From: an uncultured Planctomycetia bacterium
GTDB taxonomy: Bacteria > Omnitrophota > Gorgyraeia > Pluralincolimonadales > Pluralincolimonadaceae
NCBI GenBank assembly: GCA_964650515.1
Contig: CAZYUB010000003.1
Coordinates: 68,096-132,095, forward strand
Length of the DNA: 64,000 nucleotides
Reading direction: 5' to 3'
Below, piece by piece: positions 41,711 to 53,011 of this stretch. A program made the translations under genes and the position numbers. The notes under the pieces are model-generated. The model was given only the letters and a program-made list of their open reading frames with translations, was not told the DNA's origin and made no database searches. The stretch's first letter is position 1; every line of letters begins with the position of its first letter.

Positions 41711-44446
41711 TTATTTTTTATTTGTAAGCACTGCCTGTGCCGCCGCAAGCCTGGCTATCGGGACCCTGAACGGCGAGCAGCTGACGTAATCCATCCCGAC
41801 CCTGTGGCAGAATTCCACTGAGCGAGGGTCTCCGCCGTGCTCTCCGCAGATGCCTACTTCCAGGCCCTTACGGCCTTTCCTGCCGCGTTCGATTCCTATC
41901 TTGATGATCTCGCCGATCCCCTGCTGGTCTATCGTCTGGAACGGGTCGTCCGCAAGGATGCCCTTCTTCAGGTAATCCGGCAGGAACCCGCCGATATCAT
42001 CGCGGGAGAAGCCGAATCCCATCTGGGTCATATCGTTCGTGCCGAACGAGAAGAACTGCGCGACCTTCGCGAGCTTGTCCGCGACTATCGCTGCCCTCGG
42101 GATCTCTATCATCGTGCCGAACATATGCTTCAGTGATTTTAGGTTATATTTCTCGATCACCTCGGCATATACCCTCTTGGCTATTACCATCTGGTCCTCG
42201 AGCTCTTTGACGTCGCAGACGACCGGGATCATGATCTCAGGATAGGGCTTCTTGCCTTCCTTGACCAACTCGGCCGCCGATTCGAGTATGGCGCGTATCT
42301 GCATCTCGCTTACTTCCGGATATGTCACTCCGAGGCGTACGCCGCGGTGGCCCATCATCGGGTTTGATTCGTGTAACCCTTCCGCGCGCTTTGAAAGCTC
42401 TCCCATGGATATGTTGAGGTCCTTGGCGAGCTGCTCGAGCTTATCCTGCTCGCGCGGCACGAACTCATGCAGCGGCGGGTCGAGCAATCTTATGACGACC
42501 GGATAGCCGTCCATCGCCTCTATAGTTCCCTTGATGTCCTTCTTTACGAACGGGAAGAGATCGTTTATCGCTTTCTTCCTCTCATCAAGCGTCTTGGAGA
42601 CGATCATCTTCCTGAGCATGAACAGCGGTTCGTCGGAACCCTTACCGTAGAACATGTGCTCGGTCCTGAAGAGGCCTATGCCCTCCGCGCCGAACAGGCG
42701 CGCCCTTCTCGCGTCCTCGGGCGTGTCCGCGTTAGTCCTGACGCCGAGTTTTTTGATCGAATCGCATACCTTCAGGAACGAATCGAGAAGCTGGTTCTCT
42801 TCGGAAGCGTCCATCATCGGCAATTTGCCTTCATAGACGTTTCCCTTCGTGCCGTTAAGTGTCAGCCAATCGCCTTCCTTAAGCGTCTTGCCTTCCGACC
42901 TGACCTCTTTCTTCTCGTAATCTACATGGAGCCCGCCGCAGCCGACGATGCAGCACTTGCCCCAGCCGCGAGCGACGAGCGCCGCGTGGGAGGTCATGCC
43001 GCCCCTGGCCGTCAATATCGCCTCGGCCGCCCTCATACCCTCGACATCCTCGGGATTTGTCTCTTCGCGGACAAGTATGACCTTCTTGCCCTGCTTCTTC
43101 CATTCGACGGCATCGTTGGCGGAGAATACCACCTGTCCGCAGGCGCCGCCCGGCCCTGCCGGAAGGCCTTTTGCCATCGGCTTATGCGCGGCCTCGACCT
43201 TAGGGTCGATGACCGGATGGAGAAGTTCATCGAGCTGTGAAGGCGTAACGCGCGTTACGGCCGTCTCCTTCGAGATAAGTTTTTCCTTCAGCATGTCTAC
43301 CGCCATGCGTACGGCGGCAGGCCCGTTGCGTTTTCCGGAACGGCACTGCAGCATGAATAGCGTGCCCTTTTCTATAGTGAACTCTATGTCCTGCATGTCA
43401 TGGTAATGCTTCTCGAGGCGCCTGCGTATATCTACAAGGTCCCTGTATATCTTCGGCATGACCTCTTCGAGCGTCTTGAGCGATTTGTTATGCTCGGATT
43501 TCGAATAGGTGTTGATCGGCGCCGGGGTGCGGATGCCGGCTACGACGTCCTCGCCCTGCGCATTGATCAGGAACTCCCCGTAGAAACCGTTCTCACCGTT
43601 GCCGGGGTTGCGCGTGAAAGCGACGCCGGTGGCGGAGTCCTCGCCCATATTGCCGAAAACCATCGTCTGCACGTTAACGGCCGTTCCCCATTCGTCCGGG
43701 ATGCCTTCTATGCGGCGGTAGCTGATGGCCCTCTTGCCGTTCCACGAAGCGAATACGGCGCCGATGCCGCCCCAGAGCTGCTGCATCGGGTCGTCCGGGA
43801 ACTCGCTCTTCAATACTTCCTTTATCTTCGACTTGAACTGGCTGCAGAGGACCTTCAGGTCGTCCGCGGTCATATCGGTGTCGCTCGTATAGCCCTTCTC
43901 TTTCTTAAGCTTGTCCATGATACGCTCGAGCTGCTTGCGTATGCCCATATCGTCTGCGGGCTCTATCCCCGCGGCCTTTTCCATGACTACGTCGGAATAC
44001 ATCATTATGAGCCGGCGATACGCGTCATAGACGAAACGCGTGTTGCCGCCGCTCTGCTTGATGAGGCCCGGTATCGTCTTCTCAGTGGTCCCTACGTTCA
44101 GGACCGTCTCCATCATTCCGGGCATCGACTTGCGCGCGCCCGAACGGACCGAGACCAGGAGCGGGTTCGACGGGTCGCCGAATTTCCTGCCCATTAGTTT
44201 TTCTACCTGCGCGAGGGCCTTCTTTACCTGGCCGTCCAGTACCGCAGGGTATTTTTTCTTGTTCGCGTAATAGTATGTGCAGACCTCGGTGGATAAAGTG
44301 AATCCGGGCGGTACGGGAAGTTTCAGGTCCTTATGCCCAGCCATCTCAGCCAGGTTGGCGCCTTTGCCGCCCAGCAGGTTTTTCATGCTTTCATTTCCGT
44401 CGGCCTTTCCTCCGCCGAAGGAATAAACATACTTCCTGTTCTTCAC
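41711..44446 (-). CDS. ppdK: pyruvate, phosphate dikinase
   Basis: 911 aa. N-terminal 'FGGGKADGNESMKNLLGGKGANLAEMA', central phospho-His region 'GGMTSHAALVARGWGKCCIVG', C-terminal PEP-utilising TIM barrel. Confidence 0.9.
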   Translation of the reverse strand: MKNRKYVYSFGGGKADGNESMKNLLGGKGANLAEMAGHKDLKLPVPPGFTLSTEVCTYYYANKKKYPAVLDGQVKKALAQVEKLMGRKFGDPSNPLLVSVRSGARKSMPGMMETVLNVGTTEKTIPGLIKQSGGNTRFVYDAYRRLIMMYSDVVMEKAAGIEPADDMGIRKQLERIMDKLKKEKGYTSDTDMTADDLKVLCSQFKSKIKEVLKSEFPDDPMQQLWGGIGAVFASWNGKRAISYRRIEGIPDEWGTAVNVQTMVFGNMGEDSATGVAFTRNPGNGENGFYGEFLINAQGEDVVAGIRTPAPINTYSKSEHNKSLKTLEEVMPKIYRDLVDIRRRLEKHYHDMQDIEFTIEKGTLFMLQCRSGKRNGPAAVRMAVDMLKEKLISKETAVTRVTPSQLDELLHPVIDPKVEAAHKPMAKGLPAGPGGACGQVVFSANDAVEWKKQGKKVILVREETNPEDVEGMRAAEAILTARGGMTSHAALVARGWGKCCIVGCGGLHVDYEKKEVRSEGKTLKEGDWLTLNGTKGNVYEGKLPMMDASEENQLLDSFLKVCDSIKKLGVRTNADTPEDARRARLFGAEGIGLFRTEHMFYGKGSDEPLFMLRKMIVSKTLDERKKAINDLFPFVKKDIKGTIEAMDGYPVVIRLLDPPLHEFVPREQDKLEQLAKDLNISMGELSKRAEGLHESNPMMGHRGVRLGVTYPEVSEMQIRAILESAAELVKEGKKPYPEIMIPVVCDVKELEDQMVIAKRVYAEVIEKYNLKSLKHMFGTMIEIPRAAIVADKLAKVAQFFSFGTNDMTQMGFGFSRDDIGGFLPDYLKKGILADDPFQTIDQQGIGEIIKIGIERGRKGRKGLEVGICGEHGGDPRSVEFCHRVGMDYVSCSPFRVPIARLAAAQAVLTNKK

Positions 44447-44474
44447 GAATTGCTCCTTTCGTTGTTAGTTTGTT

Positions 44475-46595
44475 TTATTGAAGTTTTATTTTTGAAAGAT
44501 CTGCCGCCCTGTCTGAATATACGGCCTGTATCGCCCTGAGAAGCGAAAGCCTGTTCATCCTCAGGGCCTGGTCATCTGCATTCACCGTGACCTTCTCGAA
44601 GAACAGGTGTATCGGCCCGGAGAACGCCTCGGCGTACAACTTTGTAGCGCCGGCATAATCCCCCGCCTCTATCCTGCCCTCTATCTTCTCTTTCTGCTTC
44701 CCGTAGATATCCCATAGTTCGTTCTCGAGCTGTTCCTTGAACAGCTCCGGCCTGACTTTGGCGTCTTCACGCCTGAAGTCCCTGGCGCCCTTAAGTATGT
44801 TGGAGATCCGCTCAGCGACTTTCGCGGCCTCCAGGAAATACTTGGCTTGGGATATAGAGGAAAGGTCTTCGAGTTTCTTACCGAGCCGGTCAAAGCTCCC
44901 GATCCCCGGCGACAAAACAGAATCTATGATATCATCTTTATATTTTTTGTCCAGTAAAATATTCTTCAGCCGCTCCTTCATGAACGACAGTATCTGCGTC
45001 TTTACCGTCTTCCTGTCGAATGCAACCGTATCGCCGTAAAGGCCTGCCGCCTTGTCCAAAAGCGCATCAAGCGACAGCGGGTATTTCTTCTCGGACAGTA
45101 TCTTAAGCAATCCGAGGGACGCCCTGCGTATCCCGTAAGGGTCCTCGCTTCCGGTCGGGACCATGCCTATAGAGTAGAACCCCGCAATCGCGTCAACCTT
45201 GTCGGCTATGGCTAGGATGCATGAGATATTCCCCGATGGGAGCGGGTCGTTCGGCCCTTTCGGCAGGTAATGCTCGTATATCGCTTTCGCGACGTCCTTG
45301 TCCTCGCCGGTCCTTTTCGCGTATTCCCTTCCGACGATACCCTGCAGGTCCGGGAACTCCTTAACCATCAGGGTGACGAGGTCGGCCTTGCACAGCAGCG
45401 CCGCCATCTCTATCTTCTTCTTTTCATCATCCGGGATTTTCAGCGCGTCCGCGATAAAACGCGACAACTCGCGTATCCTTCCGACGCGGTCATGCATCGT
45501 CCCGAGCTTCGCCTGGAATACCACGCCTTTCAGCAGGTCTATCCTGTCCTCGAGTTTCGTCTTAAGGTCTTCTTTAAGGAAGAACATGCTGTCCTTCAGC
45601 TTGGCGTTGAGGATCGCCTCGAATGTCCCGCGTATACCTGAGATATCCTTGCGCTTACCGTTCGGGACGCCGGCAAAAACAGGAAGAGCCTTGCCCCTGT
45701 TATCCTTAAGCAGGAATATCTTCTGGTTCTTCGCCATGGAACTCTCAAGCACCTCAACCGGAAGGTCGAGATAATCCCCGGAGAACTTTCCCGTGAATCC
45801 AGAAGGCGACTCGGACAGGTACGATACCGTCTCAAGCAAGGCAGAGTTAAAGTCCTCCGAGGCCCCCTCCGCCTTGGCAGCGTTCTTAAGCATAGCGGCT
45901 ATCGAGGCCTTTCTTTTATCGCCGTCGGCCTCTATGCCGTATTTTTTCAATTTAACGAAATAATCATTTACGGAATTGATTTTTACCGTCGCCATCCCGG
46001 CGCTCTCATACCTGGGCAGGCGCGACAGGTTCGACGACTGCAGGGAGCCGAACCTGAACGGCACGACCTCGTCACCGAGCAGCGCCACGATAGACCTTAC
46101 GGGCCTGGCGAACCTGACACCGCCGGATTCCCACTTCATTACCTTAGGGAACCTAAGCGATACTATGAGTTTAGGGAGTATTTCAGCCAGCACCTTCTTT
46201 GCGGGCAGCGATTCCATTGCGCGCTCTATGAAAAGGTACTCGCCCTTCGGCGTATCCTCTATTTTAATATTCTCTATGCGCGCATCTTTGGATTTCAGGA
46301 ACCCGAGGCATGCCTGGGTAGGCTTGCCGTCCTTGTCGAATGCCGCCGCCTTTGAGGGCCCGACGATCTTCTCCCTTTGGGATTCCTGGCGTGCGGAGAT
46401 GCCTTCCGCAAGCACGATCAGCCTTACGGGCGTGGCGTATGAAACTATCCTGCCGAAACCGATGCGCGCGTCCTTAAGGCCGGCCTCAAGGGATGTGCGG
46501 AGCTGTTCGATAGCCGGCGGTATATAGCCCGCAGGGAGTTCTTCGCATCCTATCTCAAGAAGCAGGCCGGTCTGCATTACGTTCTTTTTTTTCAT
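44475..46595 (-). CDS. glyS: glycine--tRNA ligase beta subunit
   Basis: 706 aa. '[18 protein letters not shown]' N-terminus typical of GlyS. Overlaps glyQ. Confidence 0.9.
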   Translation of the reverse strand: MKKKNVMQTGLLLEIGCEELPAGYIPPAIEQLRTSLEAGLKDARIGFGRIVSYATPVRLIVLAEGISARQESQREKIVGPSKAAAFDKDGKPTQACLGFLKSKDARIENIKIEDTPKGEYLFIERAMESLPAKKVLAEILPKLIVSLRFPKVMKWESGGVRFARPVRSIVALLGDEVVPFRFGSLQSSNLSRLPRYESAGMATVKINSVNDYFVKLKKYGIEADGDKRKASIAAMLKNAAKAEGASEDFNSALLETVSYLSESPSGFTGKFSGDYLDLPVEVLESSMAKNQKIFLLKDNRGKALPVFAGVPNGKRKDISGIRGTFEAILNAKLKDSMFFLKEDLKTKLEDRIDLLKGVVFQAKLGTMHDRVGRIRELSRFIADALKIPDDEKKKIEMAALLCKADLVTLMVKEFPDLQGIVGREYAKRTGEDKDVAKAIYEHYLPKGPNDPLPSGNISCILAIADKVDAIAGFYSIGMVPTGSEDPYGIRRASLGLLKILSEKKYPLSLDALLDKAAGLYGDTVAFDRKTVKTQILSFMKERLKNILLDKKYKDDIIDSVLSPGIGSFDRLGKKLEDLSSISQAKYFLEAAKVAERISNILKGARDFRREDAKVRPELFKEQLENELWDIYGKQKEKIEGRIEAGDYAGATKLYAEAFSGPIHLFFEKVTVNADDQALRMNRLSLLRAIQAVYSDRAADLSKIKLQ

Positions 46596-47455
46596 TTTTC
46601 GTCCGTATTCTCCAGGTATAGCGTCGCGCAGGACTTTGCAAGGTTCCTTACCCTCGCGATATATGTCGGGCGCTCTGTCGTGCTTACCGCTCCGCGCGCG
46701 TCCATCATGTTGAACGCGTGCGATGTCTTCAGCATGAACTCGTACGCTGGCGTCAGCAGCTTCTCCGCGAGCAACCTCTTCGATTCCCTTTCATAGGTAT
46801 TGAACAGCTCCATGTACATCTTCGGGTCGCTTACCTCGAAGTTGTACCTCGAGCACTCCATCTCGTCTTTCCTGTGTATATCGCCGTAAGTGTGCGTATC
46901 GTCCCATTTGAGCTTATAGAAGTCGTATTGGCCCTGGATGAACATCGCGATCCTCTCGAGCCCGTATGTTATCTCGCAGGGTATGACGTCCAGCTCGATG
47001 CCGCCGACCTGCTGGAAATACGTGAACTGAGTGACTTCGAGGCTGTCGAGCCAGACCTCCCATCCGAGCCCGGACGCGCCGAGAGTCGGTGATTCCCAGT
47101 CGTCTTCGACGAACCTGAAATCATGTTTCTTCAGGTCTATTCCTAAGCTCTCCAAGCTCTCGAGATACAACGCCTGGACGTCCGCCGGCGCCGGTTTGAG
47201 TATGACCTGGTACTGGTAATAATGCTGCGCCCTAAGCGGGTTGTCGGCGTACCTTCCGTCAGTCGGGCGCCTAGACGGCTGGACGAAGGCCGTATTCCAC
47301 GGCTCTTTGTCCAAACTCCGCAGGAAAGTCAGCGGATGGAACGTTCCCGCACCCACTTCGGTATCGTATGGCTGCGCGATAAGGCATCCCTTGCCGGCCC
47401 AGAACCTCTCAAGGCCCATTATGAGTTCCTGGAAAGTCATCGTCTTTTTCTTCAT
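46592..47455 (-). CDS. glyQ: glycine--tRNA ligase alpha subunit
   Basis: 287 aa. '[35 protein letters not shown]' is near-universal GlyQ sequence. Confidence 0.9.
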   Translation of the reverse strand: MKKKTMTFQELIMGLERFWAGKGCLIAQPYDTEVGAGTFHPLTFLRSLDKEPWNTAFVQPSRRPTDGRYADNPLRAQHYYQYQVILKPAPADVQALYLESLESLGIDLKKHDFRFVEDDWESPTLGASGLGWEVWLDSLEVTQFTYFQQVGGIELDVIPCEITYGLERIAMFIQGQYDFYKLKWDDTHTYGDIHRKDEMECSRYNFEVSDPKMYMELFNTYERESKRLLAEKLLTPAYEFMLKTSHAFNMMDARGAVSTTERPTYIARVRNLAKSCATLYLENTDEK

Positions 47456-48126
47456 CTCTTTAACCTTTGCAGTTCCCTTATGAATTTTTTTGTTTTGAGC
47501 GGCCTCTCGAGGTGCGACGCTACCATCCTGTCTACCAGCGGGCCGAGCTCGTCCGATACCGGCTTCGATATCCTGAACTTTAACAGCGAATCCCAGTCCG
47601 CGCTCTTAAGCCGGTTGAATGTCTGCGCGGTGCCCATCGACACTTTTACGTGGCCGACCGACGCTCCCTGCGCGGACGGCCCGAACCCGAGAAGCGCCAG
47701 GAACCTTATCTCGAAGATGCGGACGATCTTCACGGGTTCCATTCCCTTCGCTAGCATCCCGAGGCAGCCGAGCAGCAGCCCGAATATCTCCTCGTTCCTT
47801 TCGGCGGGCTCGGTAAGCTCGTCGACAAGTTCCGCGAGGTAAGAGGCGTAGGCGATCGCGAAAAGGTCCTTGCGAATGCCGAAAAAACCGTCCAGAAGGT
47901 CGCATTGCGTGATATTCTGGAAGTCGCTCTTTGATTTTTCATAGAACACTATCTTATTGAGCCCGAACGGCTCGGCCTGGCTTCCGTATTTCGAGCGGTC
48001 GCCGCGGATCCCCTTCAGGACGCCCTTTATCTTCCCGAAGTCCTTCGAGTAGAAGGTCGCGATGATGCTCGTCTCCCTGAGGTCTCGCCTGTTGAGGACC
48101 AGGGCCTCAGTCGTCTGTATCGCCAT
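47452..48126 (-). CDS. recO: DNA repair protein RecO
   Basis: 224 aa. N-terminal OB-fold '[33 protein letters not shown]'. Confidence 0.8.
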   Translation of the reverse strand: MAIQTTEALVLNRRDLRETSIIATFYSKDFGKIKGVLKGIRGDRSKYGSQAEPFGLNKIVFYEKSKSDFQNITQCDLLDGFFGIRKDLFAIAYASYLAELVDELTEPAERNEEIFGLLLGCLGMLAKGMEPVKIVRIFEIRFLALLGFGPSAQGASVGHVKVSMGTAQTFNRLKSADWDSLLKFRISKPVSDELGPLVDRMVASHLERPLKTKKFIRELQRLKR

Positions 48127-48760
48127 CCGTCTTCTTTATATTTACCCTGTCCGGCAGGGGCACGATGCCGCCCGATATTACCAGCTTAAGGCCCTCGTCG
48201 ATGCTCATATCCAAACTTATCAGTTCTTTCTCCGGCACGAGGAGCAGGAACCCTGAGGTCGGGTTCGGCGTAGTCGGTACGAATACATTGATGACCCTCT
48301 CAACCGTCTTGTCCTGCACTTCGCCCTTTCCCTCGGAAGTAACGAACCCTATCGCGTAGACGCCTCTGCGCGGGAAGTCGACGAGCACTACCCTATTGAA
48401 GATCCCCTTCGATTGGCCCAGGAAGGCCTGGCTGATCTCTTTTGTCGCCGAGTAGACCTTGCCGAGCATCGGTACCTGGAAGAATTTCCTCTCGAAGTAC
48501 GAGAAGAGCTTCTTCAGGACAAGCACCCTGGTCCCGAAACCTATGAATATTATCAACGCGATGACCGCGGCGTAGAGCCCAACCTTGACTATATAGGCGC
48601 TGACGATCCCGATATAGTACGGCTCGAGCTTCGTCATTATGCGCCTTATGAAAAGCGCGTCGAACGGCGTCAGGACGAATACGATAAGCCAGTACGTCAC
48701 GAGCGCCGGGATTATTACCACGACTCCCGCCAAAAAATTCTTTCTCATCGATTTTAACAT
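48107..48760 (-). CDS. DUF502-family membrane protein
   Basis: 217 aa. Two N-terminal TM helices then 'GFVTSEG...TTPNPTSGFLLLVP', typical DUF502 pattern. Confidence 0.55.
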   Translation of the reverse strand: MLKSMRKNFLAGVVVIIPALVTYWLIVFVLTPFDALFIRRIMTKLEPYYIGIVSAYIVKVGLYAAVIALIIFIGFGTRVLVLKKLFSYFERKFFQVPMLGKVYSATKEISQAFLGQSKGIFNRVVLVDFPRRGVYAIGFVTSEGKGEVQDKTVERVINVFVPTTPNPTSGFLLLVPEKELISLDMSIDEGLKLVISGGIVPLPDRVNIKKTDGDTDD

Positions 48761-48761
48761 T

Positions 48762-49469
48762 TCAGCTCCTGTATAAAAGCTGGAATACGCAGGTCGTCAC
48801 GAGTATGCCGAGCATCGAGCCTGCTATGGCTTCCCACGTCGTGTGTATCCCCTTCCTCACCCTCGATACGGCAAGAAGCACGGCCATGAGGAAGACTAGA
48901 GATACGATTATGATGTTATCGGCGAGGAATGAAGTTATCGTGAACACGGAGAAAGCGAAAGCCGAGTGCCCGCTGGGCCATCCTCCCCTGAAAGGCGTCC
49001 CCTTGCGAAGGATAAGTTTCAGGATAACGACCAACGACAGCAGGATCGCCAGCGCGATAAACGTGACGTGCCACGGCGACTGCCTTATCCTCAGCATCGC
49101 GTCCGACAGGTTCAGTATCCTCAAGCTCTTGAAGAAGACGAGGTATCCTACTATTATCGCGTAGATCGAAGCCACAAATACGCAGCCGGCCGCGATATCC
49201 TTGGCCATCTTGGCCATATGGTGGAATTCCTTCGTGAATATGTCTACCGTTATCTCGAGGGCCGTATTGAACATCTCGGCGACTATTACCATCGTGACGG
49301 CGCTCAACAGCAGGATGAATTCGACGGTGGTCAGGTTCAGCACGATCCCGAGGAACAGGACTGCAGCCCCGATGAAGAAATGGATGCGCATGTTCCTCTG
49401 GGTCTTCAGCGTATGCTTGAGCCCCTCGATCGCGTAGTTGAACGAGTCCGTCAGCCCGCGTTTTTTCAT
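48762..49469 (-). CDS. dgkA: fusion of prokaryotic diacylglycerol/undecaprenol kinase (DgkA) with a PAP2-family lipid phosphatase domain
   Basis: 235 aa. N-terminal 'NYAIEGLKHTLKTQRNMRIHF...IVAEMFNTALEITVD' = DgkA. C-terminal 'GWPSGHSAF...SRVRKGIHTTWEAIAGSMLG' = PAP2 motifs (PSGH, SRxxxxxH...D/E). Confidence 0.6.
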   Translation of the reverse strand: MKKRGLTDSFNYAIEGLKHTLKTQRNMRIHFFIGAAVLFLGIVLNLTTVEFILLLSAVTMVIVAEMFNTALEITVDIFTKEFHHMAKMAKDIAAGCVFVASIYAIIVGYLVFFKSLRILNLSDAMLRIRQSPWHVTFIALAILLSLVVILKLILRKGTPFRGGWPSGHSAFAFSVFTITSFLADNIIIVSLVFLMAVLLAVSRVRKGIHTTWEAIAGSMLGILVTTCVFQLLYRS

Positions 49470-49891
49470 AACCTGCCCAATATCCTTTTTTCCATGGCCC
49501 TCATGGCCTTCCTCTCCGGAGCCGACGTGTCGTCATAACCGCAGAGATGCAGTATGCCGTGGACCACGCACAGCTTCAGTTCACCCGGCAACGTATTGCC
49601 GTAACGGCGCGCGTTCTTCCTTGCCGTGTCTACGGATACCGCAATGTCGCCGGTATCGAACGCTAGGACATCCGTCGCGCCTTTTCTTCCCTTGAACCTG
49701 GAGTTGAGCCGCCTTATCCCGGCATCGTCCGTGAACAGGATATTTATCACGCCGCCTTTCCAGCCGAGCGCTGAAAGCGCTTTTGACGCGCATGACTCGG
49801 CCGAGCGCCTCGTGAACGGGATGGCCGTATCCTCGGTGAAGACCGACACGGCGCGCCCGCGCGGCTTACGCGTCGTTCTTGTCCTTGCCAT
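49466..49891 (-). CDS. ybeY: rRNA maturation endoribonuclease YbeY
   Basis: 141 aa. 'LCVVHGILHLCGYDD' is the HxxxHxxxxxH metalloprotease-like YbeY motif. Confidence 0.85.
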   Translation of the reverse strand: MARTRTTRKPRGRAVSVFTEDTAIPFTRRSAESCASKALSALGWKGGVINILFTDDAGIRRLNSRFKGRKGATDVLAFDTGDIAVSVDTARKNARRYGNTLPGELKLCVVHGILHLCGYDDTSAPERKAMRAMEKRILGRL

Positions 49892-52052
49892 TAGGGTACT
49901 GGACCCTCGTATGGTAGACGCCGGTCAGGACCTTTGTGAATGTCGCCGCGATAGTATTGAGGTCCTTGAGGGTAAGGTCGCACTCGTCTAACTGCCCGTC
50001 GATAAATTTGTTGTTAATGATCCTCCTGACGAGTTCCTCGAGGTTGGAAGGCGTCGGGTTCTGTAATGTGCGCGACGCCGCCTCGACCGAATCCGCGAGA
50101 TGCACTATCGCGGTCTCTTTCGTCTGGGGTTTCGGGCCGGGATACCTGAACCCCTCCTCCTCAAGCTTAGCGAGGTCCTCGACCGATTCGAGCGCGCGCT
50201 GGTAAAAATAATATATGAGCCCGGTCCCATGGTGCTGTTCGATGAAATCCATCAAAGAGCTGTTCAACCCGGCCTTCTTCGCCTTATCGAGGCCGTCCTT
50301 AACGTGGTTTATGATTATGAGGCTCGACATCGTCGGCGCGAGCTTATCGTGCTGGCTCTCCGAGACCATCTGGTTCTCCGCGAAATACTCGGATTTTTCC
50401 ACCTTTCCGATATCATGGTAATACGAGCCGACCCTCGCGAGCAGGCCGTTCGCGCCTATCGCGTCGCAGGCGGACTCTGCGAGGTTGCCGACGATCAGGC
50501 TGTGGTGATAGGTCCCCGGCGCCTTCAGAATAAGTTCCTTCAACAGCGGCTTGTTCGGATCGGCGAGTTCGAGCAGGGATATGTTTGTGGTTATGCGGAA
50601 CATCGACTCGAACAGGTGGAGCGTGCCGACTATAATTATGCCTACGGCAAGGCCGTTCATCAGGTACATCGCGGCATCCTTGAATATAACGTCGCTCTCG
50701 AGGTTGTTCAGTATGCCGAGGCCTATTGCGCAGAAAGCGTTCACGACCCCGACAACTACGCCCGCCTTGAAGAGCTCGGACCTGTTGCGGACGGACCTGA
50801 CCGTATATATTCCGATAACGCTTCCGGAAAGGAATATCAGCGAAGAGTCGAAACGCTCCCCGACCACGAGCCCCGCAAGGAAGCATGAAACAAGCGCCAC
50901 GAGTATCGCGGGCCTGACCCCGAGCAGCAGCCCGACGAGTATCGGGGCTATCGAGACCGGCACGAGGTATGGCGGCGCCTCGGAAAGCGATATCGCCTTT
51001 CCTATGGCGGTTATCACGACGACTATCAGCGCGATAAGCGCGAGGTGCCTGTTATTTGACCATATCGCGGGTTCATAATACTTGAAATACATCCCCGGTA
51101 TCATCACGAGCACTATGACCACGAGGCATATGCCGAGTATCGAGAGCGCGAATTTCTTCTCGGATACGGACATTGCCCTTATCGTCTCGAACTTCGCTAT
51201 ATGGAAAGGCGTGACCTTCTCGCCCCTCTTCACTATCAGCTCGCCCTGGAGCACTTCTATCATCTTTTCCTGCGGCGGTATGGAAGATATCGCCTTTTCC
51301 CTGCGCGTAGATGTTTCTACGAGGTTCGGCTTGAGGTTCGCGGAGACGATGCCGGAAGCGATCGTCTTCAGGACGGCCCTTAGTTTATTGTCGGCTATCT
51401 CGGTGTCGTTGAACTGCGGGGCTGTTATATCCTGCGGCGTCTTCAGCGATTTGACATCCGCGTCCGCCTCCGTTTTTCCGGCGATATCCCTTACCTTTAT
51501 GAAGCCCTTGCCCTGCTTCTTCAGGCTCTCCTTCTCTTCGGGGGATATTATCGCCTGCGACAGCATACCGTCGGCCTGTTTCAATAATACCGGCTCGGAC
51601 TTGGCGGTATCCTGGGACTGCAGCAGGACCTTGAGGTCGCCGTCCGAAAGCCCGAACTTATTGGCGGGCCTTGCGCGTGATAGCTTTTCATCGGCGCTTA
51701 TATTCTCCGCCGTCCTTAATTCATTTGCCGCGGAGAAAAGGGCCTTTATGTCCTGAGCGGCGTTATCTTTGACCGATGGGTCAATGTCATAGACATCCTT
51801 GACGGACATAGCCGCCTTGTTCTTCATATCGGACGTCTTTTCCTCATCCACGCCGGCATTGAAGGAGAAGTCCATCGGGGCGTAGATGTCCCTGTCGGCG
51901 ACCTTTCCGGCCTGCGGTTGCCCGCCGTACGGCGTCTTGCCTATGTATATGACCGATACAAGGGCGATGCACGCGCCGGCGGCGATGATAGACCTTAAAG
52001 ATATGTCCACCGGAAGGTGTTTCGGTTTTTTGAGCATCTCTTTGTATAGCAT
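49866..52052 (-). CDS. 7TM-receptor with intracellular HD/HDIG phosphohydrolase domain (PgpH/YqfF-like)
   Basis: 728 aa. Long extracellular N-terminal region, 7 TM helices, 'HHSLIVGNLAESACDAIGANGLLARVGSYYHDIGKV' HDIG motif. Confidence 0.75.
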   Translation of the reverse strand: MLYKEMLKKPKHLPVDISLRSIIAAGACIALVSVIYIGKTPYGGQPQAGKVADRDIYAPMDFSFNAGVDEEKTSDMKNKAAMSVKDVYDIDPSVKDNAAQDIKALFSAANELRTAENISADEKLSRARPANKFGLSDGDLKVLLQSQDTAKSEPVLLKQADGMLSQAIISPEEKESLKKQGKGFIKVRDIAGKTEADADVKSLKTPQDITAPQFNDTEIADNKLRAVLKTIASGIVSANLKPNLVETSTRREKAISSIPPQEKMIEVLQGELIVKRGEKVTPFHIAKFETIRAMSVSEKKFALSILGICLVVIVLVMIPGMYFKYYEPAIWSNNRHLALIALIVVVITAIGKAISLSEAPPYLVPVSIAPILVGLLLGVRPAILVALVSCFLAGLVVGERFDSSLIFLSGSVIGIYTVRSVRNRSELFKAGVVVGVVNAFCAIGLGILNNLESDVIFKDAAMYLMNGLAVGIIIVGTLHLFESMFRITTNISLLELADPNKPLLKELILKAPGTYHHSLIVGNLAESACDAIGANGLLARVGSYYHDIGKVEKSEYFAENQMVSESQHDKLAPTMSSLIIINHVKDGLDKAKKAGLNSSLMDFIEQHHGTGLIYYFYQRALESVEDLAKLEEEGFRYPGPKPQTKETAIVHLADSVEAASRTLQNPTPSNLEELVRRIINNKFIDGQLDECDLTLKDLNTIAATFTKVLTGVYHTRVQYPNGKDKNDA

Positions 52053-52053
52053 G

Positions 52054-53004
52054 TTATTTTCCGCTGTACCTTTCGTACGCCCTTATTATCTCCTGGACCA
52101 GTTCGTGCCTTACGACGTCGTCACCGGTGAAATAGGTGAACTTGATGCCCTCGATATCCTTGAGGACCTCCTGGGATTGTATGAGCCCGACAGCCCTGCC
52201 TCCCGGCAGGTCGCTCTGCGTAAGGTCGCCGGTTATCACGGTCTTGGAATCGAAACCGAGCCTCGTAAGGAACATCTTCATCTGTTCTGCCGTTGCGTTC
52301 TGGGCCTCATCGAGGATTATGAACGAATCGTTCAGGGTCCTTCCCCTCATGAACGCGAGCGGCGCTACTTCTATTACACCCCTGCTGAGGAACCTCTCGA
52401 CCTTGTCGAGGTCCATCATCTCGTAGAGCGCGTCGTACAAAGGCCTCAAATAGGGCGACACCTTCTCCTCGAGGTCTCCCGGAAGGAACCCGAGGCTCTC
52501 TCCCGCCTCAACGGCAGGCCTCGTCAGCACTATCCGGCTGACATGCCCGAGCTTCAGGGCGTTTATCGCCATTGCCATCGCGAGGTACGTCTTTCCCGTT
52601 CCCGCCGGGCCTATCCCGAATACGATATCGAACTGCCTTATCGCGTCTACGTAGGCCTTCTGGCCTGCGGTCTTCGGGGTAACGAACAGCTTCTTGGACA
52701 TTATGTCTATCTTATCGAGATAGATAGAGTGCAGGTCGATATCGGGGCTGCCGTGAAGCGCTTTTATGGCGTAGAGGATCTCATGCTGGTGGACGGCGCG
52801 GCCCATCCTTATGATATCCAGCAGCTGCTCGAACAGCCTGGACGCCTTTTCGACATTTCTCGCGTCGCCGCCTATCGTAAGGTTCTCTCCGCGGGCGGTG
52901 ACCTTAACGTCGAATTCCCGTTCGATGGCCTTAAGGTTCTCGTCATGCCTTCCGAACAGTACCCGCGCTTCCTCGTCGCTTAAAAGCTTGAAGTTCTTGT
53001 CCAT
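52054..53004 (-). CDS. phoH: PhoH-family ATPase (YbeZ-like)
   Basis: 316 aa. Walker A 'GPAGTGKTYLAMAMA', Walker B 'FIILDEAQN'. Conserved phoH-ybeY neighbourhood. Confidence 0.85.
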   Translation of the reverse strand: MDKNFKLLSDEEARVLFGRHDENLKAIEREFDVKVTARGENLTIGGDARNVEKASRLFEQLLDIIRMGRAVHQHEILYAIKALHGSPDIDLHSIYLDKIDIMSKKLFVTPKTAGQKAYVDAIRQFDIVFGIGPAGTGKTYLAMAMAINALKLGHVSRIVLTRPAVEAGESLGFLPGDLEEKVSPYLRPLYDALYEMMDLDKVERFLSRGVIEVAPLAFMRGRTLNDSFIILDEAQNATAEQMKMFLTRLGFDSKTVITGDLTQSDLPGGRAVGLIQSQEVLKDIEGIKFTYFTGDDVVRHELVQEIIRAYERYSGK

Positions 53005-53011
53005 GACCCCG

